A stretch of DNA of 26,491 nt from an uncultured bacterium. Its GTDB lineage: Bacteria > Patescibacteriota > Minisyncoccia > Phycocordibacterales > UBA2100. The notes under the pieces were generated by a model. It was not told the origin of the DNA, ran no database searches, and saw nothing but the letters and a program-made list of their open reading frames with translations. The translations under genes were made by a program, and so were the position numbers. Below, piece after piece: positions 14,633-22,764 of the stretch (positions are counted from its first letter, which is position 1; each line of letters starts with the position of its first letter). The stretch is taken from assembly GCA_903881205.1 (NCBI GenBank), contig CAIRSC010000089.1, positions 1 through 26,491 on the forward strand, read 5' to 3'.

Positions 14633-14998
14633 CTACTCTTCAGGGATTGACGCATTGCTCTCATTGAGTGAGCGAATGAGCGCAAGGACGCTCAGCCCTC
14701 CTTGATGTTGCACTGTTTCCTTTGGCTTTCCCACCGTATGTTCAAGCAACAGGCGTGCGGCATTCACGTCAGGAGCCTTTGAGTAGACAAACTCTTCTCC
14801 ACCGTCAACCTCTTTGACAACACGCAAGCCAATAGCAGAATCTATGAGAGCGTCAAACAACTCTTTTGCGCGAGGCTTTAATTGCTTCAACATCAATTCA
14901 CGCATCTTTTGAGTCTCAAGCGTCCTTGGTGACATAGGAGCTCCGGCTCCCGCTCTTGCTCCTCCCCAAGTATTCTTTTTTAGTACCGCTGATTCCAT
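14633..14998 (-). CDS. Phage terminase small subunit-like protein
   Basis: N-terminal GGARAGAG and C-terminal PDVNAARLLLEHTVGKPKETV pattern recalled from small-terminase-like proteins. No search was run. Confidence 0.45.
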   Translation of the reverse strand: MESAVLKKNTWGGARAGAGAPMSPRTLETQKMRELMLKQLKPRAKELFDALIDSAIGLRVVKEVDGGEEFVYSKAPDVNAARLLLEHTVGKPKETVQHQGGLSVLALIRSLNESNASIPEE

Positions 14999-15068
14999 AG
15001 ATTTTCAAGTTTCAAGTTCGGAATGCCATTTAATTAAACCTCCGATTTCGTAATATGGATACTATTTC

Positions 15069-15566
15069 CTATTTCACTCGCGTTACATACCGAATTGGGA
15101 TAAGTTCATTCGTTTCTAAAAACTCGGAGCCCGACTGCGCCTTAATATGGGAATTCCCACCCGAAACTAAGATGTGGTATATAAAGGCGTCTTGGCCATG
15201 CTCCTGAAGGAAACTCAGTTCATTTCTAGAAACATAGATGGGCGACGAGAGAGAACTTGTAGTACTCTTCACCTCAATGTATTTCTCTCTGCCGTCCGTA
15301 AAAAATGACAAGACATCATAGCCTGCACCATCTCCATCTTCAGCGGCAACGTTGCGTACCCTGTCTGCCAAATCTTTTCTTCCGATGGACTCAAAAAAAT
15401 CCTGTTCTATTGCAACTGCAATCTCCTCTCCTCTGTCTCCGGTCAATTTCCTTGACCTATTTATTTCTTCCCAGTTAATCTTCCGTGCCGTTCTATAGAA
15501 TCTTTCAGGAGCAATTATTTCTTTCTGCTGTTGTGGTTCGGAAACATCCCTAACGAAATTGCGCAC
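15069..15566 (-). CDS. DUF3883 (NOV C-terminal) PD-(D/E)xK endonuclease domain protein, possibly N-terminally truncated
   Basis: GDRGEEIA...E...DGAGYDVLSF...KYIEVKST...NE motif. Confidence 0.8.
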   Translation of the reverse strand: MRNFVRDVSEPQQQKEIIAPERFYRTARKINWEEINRSRKLTGDRGEEIAVAIEQDFFESIGRKDLADRVRNVAAEDGDGAGYDVLSFFTDGREKYIEVKSTTSSLSSPIYVSRNELSFLQEHGQDAFIYHILVSGGNSHIKAQSGSEFLETNELIPIRYVTRVK

Positions 15567-15592
15567 CGAAGTAATCGCTCCACTTATTTTCG

Positions 15593-15880
15593 ATGCCCAT
15601 CTGGGTTCCTAAACCCCTAGGATTGAATCGTCAAATTATTAATCCCTACACAGGGAGCACGACCTCAGATTCCAACCAAGAGATAAACGGACAAACTTAT
15701 TATCATTTTAAAGGAGCTTTAAGAGATTCGATATACCCAACAAGAGCGAAGTCATTTGCGACTTTAAATCTACCCACCAGCAGCATGCATGGCACCTTCA
15801 CTTTCTTCTCTCAGATTGCCTGTGAAGATGGAGTGTTTCCGGAAAAGTTCGAAGACTCCCCTCTAACAGCAGCTGTATGA
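15593..15880 (+). CDS. Hypothetical ORF or gene remnant
   Basis: 95-aa ORF filling the gap between the two nucleases, with no recognisable motif. Confidence 0.25.
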   Translation: MPIWVPKPLGLNRQIINPYTGSTTSDSNQEINGQTYYHFKGALRDSIYPTRAKSFATLNLPTSSMHGTFTFFSQIACEDGVFPEKFEDSPLTAAV

Positions 15881-15935
15881 ACAGAGAACAATAACCATCA
15901 TCCAAATTATGGTTCAATAGCGTTAGAGTATTGAG

Positions 15936-17072
15936 TTACGCTATTAAATCTCTTATTTTCAATAAATCATGTCCGTCCACTAGCTTTACATTGTTCTTTT
16001 GTGCTAAAGCCTTAGCAGATGGAGTAAAAGTTGAGTTTGTAATTACCCAGCCCTCATTTCCACTGTAGTAGCTAACAGCACCGACAACCTCCTGAACAGC
16101 TTTGTTTCCAACAGTGCCTTGGTATCTTTTGGCTTGGATGACCAAAGTCTTCCCGCTTTTCTTAGCTAACAAATCAGCTCCCTGGTCTCCAGTAGTAGCA
16201 GTACCACTAACATCGTAACCACACTCCTTAAATATTTTTGATAGGTATGTTTCAAATTCAACACCAGAAAGGTCATTTAAGCTGATATCCTTTTTAGGGC
16301 TACCTTTTTGGGCTTCGTGGTATTCTCTAAAAATCTTCTCTAAGACCTTAGGCAAATCTCTATACTGATCTGGTACATTCCATGTATATCCTTTTTTAAA
16401 AAAGTCTTTTAATTTGGCATCACTAATACCGTCAATTACAGCCAGTTTTCTTATACAAGCTTCAATTTCCTTAGATAAAAGAACCCAGCTTTCATCTCCG
16501 TAGTCATCGATGATAGATACCTTTCTCTCTGTAATCTCAAGGAATTTATCTATTATATCTTTCCGGCCATCAAGAAAATGTCTTGCTTCACGCTCAGTCT
16601 TATCTTCGTATTCCTTTTCAGCTTGCTCCTGCCTTATTCTATTTTCCTCTACAATCTCCTTGTATCTCTCTTTAAATTTAGGCAGAAGAGAATTCTTCAA
16701 TTCAATATATTGAAGAGGAATACCCTGTCTCTTTTCCCATACAGGCAACCATTCTCTAGATTTAGGAGCTATGTTTGGAACCCTTTCTCTTATAGCAATT
16801 TCCTTTATACAATCACTCACCTGATTTTCTACATAATGAGGCCAGCTATCCTTTCTAAGGTTTTTTAGATGGTCTTCAATTAAAATCTGGTTTCTTTCCT
16901 CAAGCGATTTGGTCTTATCTAAATCTGCAACAGGGTATTTGTTTTCTAAATCCAATTGTGCCTTACGCGTAACAAAGTGGTTTTTACTAGATTCCTGTAT
17001 AGAGTTAATTACTGAGACTATACCCCAAATAATGAATCCAATGATGACCAGAGGTATGGCAAGTTCCTCCAT
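15936..17072 (-). CDS. Mrr-family (type IV-like) restriction endonuclease with N-terminal TM helix
   Basis: C-terminal LSGVEFE...GY.V...TGDQGADL...VIQAKRY...V..V...ITNSTFT..A...A....V.LVDG. AT-rich. Confidence 0.85.
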   Translation of the reverse strand: MEELAIPLVIIGFIIWGIVSVINSIQESSKNHFVTRKAQLDLENKYPVADLDKTKSLEERNQILIEDHLKNLRKDSWPHYVENQVSDCIKEIAIRERVPNIAPKSREWLPVWEKRQGIPLQYIELKNSLLPKFKERYKEIVEENRIRQEQAEKEYEDKTEREARHFLDGRKDIIDKFLEITERKVSIIDDYGDESWVLLSKEIEACIRKLAVIDGISDAKLKDFFKKGYTWNVPDQYRDLPKVLEKIFREYHEAQKGSPKKDISLNDLSGVEFETYLSKIFKECGYDVSGTATTGDQGADLLAKKSGKTLVIQAKRYQGTVGNKAVQEVVGAVSYYSGNEGWVITNSTFTPSAKALAQKNNVKLVDGHDLLKIRDLIA

Positions 17073-17162
17073 AAAATCATTTCTTACTATACGATAAATT
17101 TTAAAATCTCACAATAACCTCCAACCGCAGCTCTCTAATTACACAACTAGGTTTTAACTCCA

Positions 17163-17297
17163 TCAGGCTCTTGTTTCCTGAAGCTGAGCCATTGGCGTAA
17201 AGCCACGATTTTGGAGGCTGGCGAACTTTCCTGCCACAGAGCTAAGCGTCTGAAGGAACTGGACTATTGGTTTTGAGTTCTGTATCGTCAGGGGGAC
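17163..17297 (-). other. Distal att arm of element 2 encoding the alternative C-terminus of LSR2 (VP-LTIQNSKPIVQFLQTLSSVAGKFASLQNRGFTPMAQLQETRA*)
   Basis: A 45-codon open frame starting at the GTCCCC core, in the same frame as the LSR2 codons GTC CCC. Confidence 0.75.
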
Positions 17298-17536
17298 TAG
17301 ATCGCGAGCAATTCACGGATTCTAGGCTCGTCGAACCCGACGACGAACTGGTCGCCGATGGTGATCACCGGCACGCCCATCTGGCCGCTCTTATCAATCA
17401 TCTCCTTGCGCTTCTCGAGGTCCGTTGCAACATTGTAGTCGGTGAACGCCACGTTGTTGGCGGTGAAGAATTCCTTGGCCATGTGGCAGAAGTGGCACGA
17501 TGGCGTCGAATAAATCTGTACTGGTGTTGTGTTCAT
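17297..17536 (-). CDS. Glutaredoxin/NrdH-like redoxin
   Basis: YSTPSCHFC, GVPV and GFD motifs. Confidence 0.9.
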   Translation of the reverse strand: MNTTPVQIYSTPSCHFCHMAKEFFTANNVAFTDYNVATDLEKRKEMIDKSGQMGVPVITIGDQFVVGFDEPRIRELLAI

Positions 17537-17586
17537 GGTGTTTGTGTAAGGCGTATAAGCTACCCTCAGATTATATCACTGCAGGT

Positions 17587-18168
17587 TTAGGAACGAAGCG
17601 ATGTAAGCGCCTTGGACCACGAGATGAGCTGATCAAGCATGCCGTTGGCACGCTCATCGTACGAAGTGAACAGCTCTGCCTCCGGAGTGCCCTGCGAGGA
17701 GGCCATGATGACATCGAACGGCATGTGGACTGAATACTTTATGGGAGCCATTCCGAGCTCAATAACGACCGATCGCAGCTGCTCGATCGCTCGCGCACCC
17801 ATGGCACTGCCGTAGCTCACGAATCCAACTGCCTTGTTATTCCATTCCGACCCCACGTAATCAAGTGCATTTTTTAGTACGGCTGAATAGCCGTGATTGT
17901 ACTCGGGTGCGATGATGACGAACCCGTCTGCCTCAGCGACCTTGGCAGTCCACTTCACGACCGCAGGATCTGTGTACGGCTTTGTCTTGTAGCTGGGCGT
18001 CTCTGTCTCATTGAAAAACGGCATCGGGTAATCCCGCAGATCGAGCACCTCTATTTCGACCCCTTCTTTCTTTCCAAGAAGTGCGGTGATCCAGCGTGCA
18101 GGCTTTTCGGCGAAGCGGCCCTCGCGGGTCGATCCGACGATTACTTTGATCTTGAGTGGTTCAGCCAT
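17587..18168 (-). CDS. NADPH-dependent FMN reductase family flavoprotein
   Basis: GSTREGR, PEYNHGYSAVLKNALD and VSYG motifs. Confidence 0.9.
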   Translation of the reverse strand: MAEPLKIKVIVGSTREGRFAEKPARWITALLGKKEGVEIEVLDLRDYPMPFFNETETPSYKTKPYTDPAVVKWTAKVAEADGFVIIAPEYNHGYSAVLKNALDYVGSEWNNKAVGFVSYGSAMGARAIEQLRSVVIELGMAPIKYSVHMPFDVIMASSQGTPEAELFTSYDERANGMLDQLISWSKALTSLRS

Positions 18169-18255
18169 AATGAAATTATGTTATTTGATAGGACGTTCAT
18201 TGTACGCACGCAACTTTACTTTGTAAAGTGGATAATGCTATGGTAGCGTATTGCT

Positions 18256-18585
18256 ATGACCCTCAGAACCGCGCAGCAGAAAAAAGACCTCTGCCCCGGC
18301 TGCCCTGTCGCGCGCGTAGCCGACATTTTGGGTGATTCGTGTTCACTTCTGATCGTCCGCGACCTCCTCAGCACTCCCCAGCGCTTCTCACAGCTCGAAA
18401 CATCGCTTCGTGGGATCAGCACACGGACACTCACCAACAAGCTCAAACAACTCGAACACGAAGGAATGATAAAACGAAACGAATATACAAAACCGCAGCG
18501 AGTGGAGTATTCGCTTACCAAAAAGGGAGAGGCCCTGCACACTGTGATCGACGCGATGCGCTCATACGGGAAGAAGTATCTCTAA
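18256..18585 (+). CDS. HxlR-family transcriptional regulator
   Basis: CPV...ILGD...LIVRDL...RFSQL...GIS...L...LK.LE..G...R......VEYSLT.KG. Divergent from the FMN reductase. Confidence 0.9.
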   Translation: MTLRTAQQKKDLCPGCPVARVADILGDSCSLLIVRDLLSTPQRFSQLETSLRGISTRTLTNKLKQLEHEGMIKRNEYTKPQRVEYSLTKKGEALHTVIDAMRSYGKKYL

Positions 18586-18629
18586 CCCCGTGGGGGGGGG
18601 TTGGTACGAAGTTGGAACCAATATGTTAT

Positions 18630-19325
18630 TTACCGACGTCTAGCTGACCGTCGAAGGCCATCGGATAGTGCATATTCGTATAATGGACCGAAAAGCACAC
18701 CTGAAAGAAACCAGAAAACGAACTCCTCAATGGGAACGCCAAGGATGAGGATTCCACTAAGGTGTCCGAAATCGTACGTATGCTGAATCCAGGTCGGTGA
18801 AGCGTACGCAACACTAGCATAGAAGCTCGTGGATATTACTGCCATCAATACGCCGCTCATGAGCGCGTCCTTCCAGAGATCAGACCGGTTCCAAAAGATC
18901 ACTGCAATCGCCAAAATCATTGCAATGCTGCTGGCATAAAACGAAGTCAAACCTATCCCCCAAAACAACCAGGACATCATATAAGCCAGGAAAAGCAGTA
19001 TTGCCAATGCTCCGATGTGATGCGGCTTTGCCTTCACTCGATACAGCTGCCTCGAGAAGATGACCTCGTATGCGACAGCCATTATTCCGCCACTAAAAAA
19101 CCCTAGAATTAGGTCTTCGATACCAACACGGGTGCCTGTAATCGTTTGTGGATGCCACCAATCCTTGGTCCACCAGTAGTAGGCAGTCCACACACTGAGA
19201 ATTCCTATGAATGTTCCTGTATAGAGCATTTCCCTGCGCAGATCTTTTCTCCAGAAGTAGAAAAGAGACCATACTATCGCAAAAGGTATGCAACCGACTA
19301 AATAGACAAGATTCGTCGGAATCAT
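18630..19325 (-). CDS. Lycopene cyclase domain-containing membrane protein
   Basis: Two repeated hydrophobic halves ending G.EDL.LGF and GVPIEEFVFW. Confidence 0.65.
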   Translation of the reverse strand: MIPTNLVYLVGCIPFAIVWSLFYFWRKDLRREMLYTGTFIGILSVWTAYYWWTKDWWHPQTITGTRVGIEDLILGFFSGGIMAVAYEVIFSRQLYRVKAKPHHIGALAILLFLAYMMSWLFWGIGLTSFYASSIAMILAIAVIFWNRSDLWKDALMSGVLMAVISTSFYASVAYASPTWIQHTYDFGHLSGILILGVPIEEFVFWFLSGVLFGPLYEYALSDGLRRSARRR

Positions 19326-19490
19326 CGTACGATAATTATAACCCTGGCGATACGTTAGTTTCCAATTTTCCCCAACTCTTACGATTTGGCCGTCTTTACC
19401 TGCGTACCGGCAAATCAGGACAATACTCGCGCTGACAATTGAGACTTAGAATCTTCATAAAACAAGCCTCTCGATAGGGTTTCCTAATAT

Positions 19491-19516
19491 GTGCGGGCGG
19501 CGGGAATCGAACCCGC
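19491..19516 (-). pseudogene. 3' fragment (T arm plus acceptor strand) of a second tRNA-Gly-like gene
   Basis: The reverse complement reads GCGGG-TTCGATT-CCCGC-CGCCCGC-A. No D or anticodon arm upstream. Confidence 0.6.
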
Positions 19517-19577
19517 AGCTAATCCGAGGGAATGAAAAGTGACGAAGGCAGCTTTTCATCATTTTGCCACTATTTGG

Positions 19578-19595
19578 GTGCGGGTACGGGGAATC
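19578..19595 (-). repeat. 18-bp direct repeat of the tRNA-Gly(CCC) 3' end (att-like scar)
   Basis: gtgcgggtacggggaatc is identical at 19578-19595 and 19725-19742. Confidence 0.9.
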
Positions 19596-19660
19596 AAGTC
19601 AGGCGTAATTTTCTGCTGAAAATTCGCACGACCCTGCCTCGGCGCCGAGCGCCTGCGGCC

Positions 19661-19707
19661 GTTCGATTCCCGACGCGAAGCACGCTGTGCTTCGCTTACC
19701 CGCACAA
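19661..19707 (+). repeat. Inverted tRNA-Gly 3' end split by a 9-bp hairpin
   Basis: gttcgattccc (rc of 19736-19746), then gcgaagcac-gct-gtgcttcgc, then tacccgcacaa (rc of 19723-19733). Confidence 0.85.
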
Positions 19708-19725
19708 TATTCGCTTCGCTCTTTG

Positions 19726-19796
19726 TGCGGGTACGGGGAATCGAACCCCGCTCTCAACCTTGGGAAGGTCGCATTCTACCACTAAACCATACCCGC
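19726..19796 (-). tRNA. tRNA-Gly(CCC), no encoded CCA
   Basis: GCGGGTA/TACCCGC acceptor, CGACC-TTCCCAA-GGTTG anticodon arm, CGGGG-TTCGATT-CCCCG T arm. Confidence 0.95.
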
Positions 19797-19857
19797 AAAA
19801 TTTGTACGCCCGCGACTTTGGTAATGTAACAAAAAACGCACACGAGGGCGAGCTGCG

Positions 19858-22188
19858 CTAAGCGACGGAGCGCTTGATCCAGAAGAATTGCCGCGCAAGG
19901 ACGTAGAGCACTGCGGTGCACACAACTGCCGCAGAGAAAGCGAGAGATACCGCTGCATATGATGGCTCGGTCGCGTTGTAGAGCATCATGAGGATCGGCG
20001 CTTTGAAGAAAAGGAAGACTAGTATCACTTCCACCACACCGAGGCCCGCCAGCTGTATCTTCTGCAACGTGCTCGTCACGCCGCTATACACGGCAGGGGT
20101 GAGAATGAAGAAGCCGTAGCCCAGGAACATAAAGAGAAGCATCAGGCACATGCGCAGCGCATCCCCGCCGAGGACTTCCGTCCCGCGCATGCAGATCAGG
20201 AATGCTGCGACCGCTTCGACAACGGAGAGCGTCACTGGGAATGGAAGTACTCGCCGCAGGAACGGGCGCGTGCTCACAGGCATCGTGTGAGCAGTGGGTC
20301 GTATCGCCCAGTATGAAATAAGCATATACGGTACGCCGACGGCGAAAAAGGTGATGAGCGATACGTTGAGCGGAGTGAACGGGAACGAGTACCCCGCGAT
20401 ACTCAGTGCCATAAACAGGAGAAATCCGACGAAGGTCTGGTTGAGGAAGATGCTCGCATAGATCTCGATATTTTCGATCATGCTGTCGGCAAGTCGCACT
20501 CCTGCGGGCAACTCGATCAGGCTGTTATTCATCAGTACCACGCCCGCCACCTGGCGCGTCGCAGGGGCTCCGTCGAACATCGCGATACCGAGGTCGGCAT
20601 TTTTCACCGATAGTGCATCGTTGGCTCCGTCGCCGACCATTGCAGTGAATCCGTCTTCCTTGAGAATGCCAATCACGCGCTCTTTCTGACGCGGTTGAAT
20701 ACGCGCAAATATGCGGTATTTTTCTACCGCGCTTCGGAATCCGGCATCATCGAGCGCATCCAATTCTGCCCCGGTAATCACGCCATCACTACCCGCAATG
20801 CCCGCGCCCCGCGCGATCGCCTGCACAGTGGCAGGATTATCCCCCGAGAGCACCCGGATGCAGACGCCGCGCTGCTGGAAGAAGTCGACCGTGTCGCGTA
20901 TCCCCTCGCGCAGTTCCTGCTGCAGTACAAACAGCGCAACGGCAGTGAGCTTCATGCCGGGTTCGAGACTCTTGGGTATTTCCTGTGCGTCCAATCTGAC
21001 GACGCTGAGCGTGCGCTTTCCCGCCGACGCATACTGCGCAACGGTGTCCTCGAACCATTTCTTATTTCCGCTTTCCGACAAGTGATCGACGAACGCATCG
21101 GAAGAACCCACGAGGACGATACCGCCCTCAGTGCGTATGCCGCCGTATCCGCGCCACGAAGAAAAAGCGACCGCAGCAAGGATCGCCGCGTCCGTCTGCA
21201 TACCAATGAATGAGCCGACCGCAATGATCGTCTGCGATGTATCGTGCGAACCGCGTATGTAAGTACTCATGAGCTCCCGAGCATGACCCTCGGACTCTCC
21301 CGGAGACACATGCACCGCTTCTACAGTGAGCACATTTTCGGTGAGCGTCCCGGTCTTATCCATGCACAGATGCTTGATGCGGCCGAATTTTTCCGTTGCA
21401 TTCACTTCCTGCAATAGCACATTTCTATTCAAAAAATGTACCGCCCCGAAGGTAAAGAGCAGTGTCGTCGAGACGATAAGGCCCTGCGGCACCAGGATAC
21501 TGGCAAGCGCTCCGACCGTCTCCACCATTTGTATGCCGCTGTCGTGCACCAGAAATCCGCGGATGACGATATATGCGATCGACGCGATGAGTACCGCTAG
21601 TGTGTAGGTGATAACGGTGTTTATCGAGCGCTGTATCGGGCTCGGATTTGCCGTGTATCGTCTGAGCCCCTGGCTCATCCGCGCAAGTGCGCCCTCGGCA
21701 TACGATGTCTCGGCACGCACCGTCGCGCGACCCGCCGTTACCACACTTCCCCCCAAAAGTTGGTCTTCCTCTTTTTTGGTAAACGAATCGGATTCTCCCG
21801 TGATGAGACTTTCACTGATCTCCAGACTGTCCGCGTCGATCACGATACTGTCGCAGGGCACCTGATCCCCGAGTTTTACCCGCAGTGTGTCACCCTTTTG
21901 CACCATTTCGAATGCGATGTCACTCATGCTGCCGTCGGTATTCACACGAGCCGCGTGAAGCGCCGTGAGCAGCTGCAGGCGCTCGAGCGTCTGCCATGCG
22001 CGGATATCCTGCGCCATGCCCAATACCATATTCACGAAGACGACTGCGCCGAGAAAAATACCGTCGCGCACGCTACCGAACACGATCAGGAGCGCGACCA
22101 CGACGAAAATGATCGCATTGATGGGGAGGAAGACATGCCGCGCCACGATCGAAACAATATCCGTGATCTTCCGACGGTCCATATTCAT
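19858..22188 (-). CDS. Cation-translocating P-type ATPase (CtpE-like)
   Basis: ITGES, DKTGTLT phosphorylation site, SGDN and MVGDGANDA motifs. Confidence 0.92.
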   Translation of the reverse strand: MNMDRRKITDIVSIVARHVFLPINAIIFVVVALLIVFGSVRDGIFLGAVVFVNMVLGMAQDIRAWQTLERLQLLTALHAARVNTDGSMSDIAFEMVQKGDTLRVKLGDQVPCDSIVIDADSLEISESLITGESDSFTKKEEDQLLGGSVVTAGRATVRAETSYAEGALARMSQGLRRYTANPSPIQRSINTVITYTLAVLIASIAYIVIRGFLVHDSGIQMVETVGALASILVPQGLIVSTTLLFTFGAVHFLNRNVLLQEVNATEKFGRIKHLCMDKTGTLTENVLTVEAVHVSPGESEGHARELMSTYIRGSHDTSQTIIAVGSFIGMQTDAAILAAVAFSSWRGYGGIRTEGGIVLVGSSDAFVDHLSESGNKKWFEDTVAQYASAGKRTLSVVRLDAQEIPKSLEPGMKLTAVALFVLQQELREGIRDTVDFFQQRGVCIRVLSGDNPATVQAIARGAGIAGSDGVITGAELDALDDAGFRSAVEKYRIFARIQPRQKERVIGILKEDGFTAMVGDGANDALSVKNADLGIAMFDGAPATRQVAGVVLMNNSLIELPAGVRLADSMIENIEIYASIFLNQTFVGFLLFMALSIAGYSFPFTPLNVSLITFFAVGVPYMLISYWAIRPTAHTMPVSTRPFLRRVLPFPVTLSVVEAVAAFLICMRGTEVLGGDALRMCLMLLFMFLGYGFFILTPAVYSGVTSTLQKIQLAGLGVVEVILVFLFFKAPILMMLYNATEPSYAAVSLAFSAAVVCTAVLYVLARQFFWIKRSVA

Positions 22189-22227
22189 AGCATGCTATCA
22201 GTTCCGGCTATGCGCACAATGCTACCG

Positions 22228-22605
22228 TTACCAATCGAACAGGCTCTCGATCCAATGTATCGCCGACGGCGTGGTGGTAGCGGGCACTTCTTTCGACTGT
22301 TCGGGATCGACGATAATGATCATCCCTTCGCCTTGTTTGCCGACGGCATATTGTTCTCTGAGTGTTTCTTCTTTTCCGCGCGGACTCTCGAGCTTGTTGA
22401 TCCGGGCATTCAGCTGCGTCTGCTGCTGCGTGAGCTGCGACAATTCCAGCTCCGATTGAACGCGCAAGAGGCGCGCTTCGCGGTCTTTGTGATACACATT
22501 CCACACGCCCGAGGCCGCCATGATCACGAGCGCGAGCAGCGCCACCATACCGAGACGCCTCCAAAAAACACGGATCGGGTCATGTTTTTCGCGGAACGTT
22601 GCCAT
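22228..22605 (-). CDS. Septum formation initiator family protein (FtsB/DivIC-like)
   Basis: TM helix, coiled coil and the E..LRE.Y...K.GEG.IIIV motif. Confidence 0.8.
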   Translation of the reverse strand: MATFREKHDPIRVFWRRLGMVALLALVIMAASGVWNVYHKDREARLLRVQSELELSQLTQQQTQLNARINKLESPRGKEETLREQYAVGKQGEGMIIIVDPEQSKEVPATTTPSAIHWIESLFDW

Positions 22606-22634
22606 TTCCCTATCCTATCATTATACTGCTACCC

Positions 22635-22757
22635 ATGAGTTTCCTTTTTCACAAGCGGACCAAGAAGATCGTCAATGTCATCTGGGGCGTCGTCGCCGTT
22701 ATCGTCATGATCGGCATGGTCGCATTCTTTGCGCCCGGCATCGTAAACCTGATCTAA
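22635..22757 (+). CDS. Small single-TM protein (40 aa), not in the ORF track
   Basis: MSFLFHKRTKKIVNVIWGVVAVIVMIGMVAFFAPGIVNLI*. TATACT lies 7 nt upstream, and the ORF fills the gap between ftsB-like and lepA. Confidence 0.65.
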   Translation: MSFLFHKRTKKIVNVIWGVVAVIVMIGMVAFFAPGIVNLI

Positions 22758-22764
22758 GGTTCTG

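Larger units (their letters stand above)
9350..17297. mobile_element. Integrative element 2 (~7.9 kb) at the 3' end of tRNA-Arg(CCT); satellite or prophage-remnant-like
   Basis: GGGGAC core at 9350-9355 and 17292-17297. The interior is AT-richer, and the distal core abuts the glutaredoxin stop codon. Confidence 0.8.

Noticed and set aside
18586-18602. G9 homopolymer as a phase-variation tract
   Set aside because: It is intergenic between convergent genes and pairs with the upstream aacccc, so a terminator-like stem is more likely.
19491-19565. A complete second tRNA
   Set aside because: Only the T arm and acceptor strand are present. The upstream sequence forms an unrelated atgaaaag/cttttcat hairpin.
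19532-19861. 109-aa plus-strand ORF
   Set aside because: It runs antisense through tRNA-Gly and its scars and has no protein-like signature.
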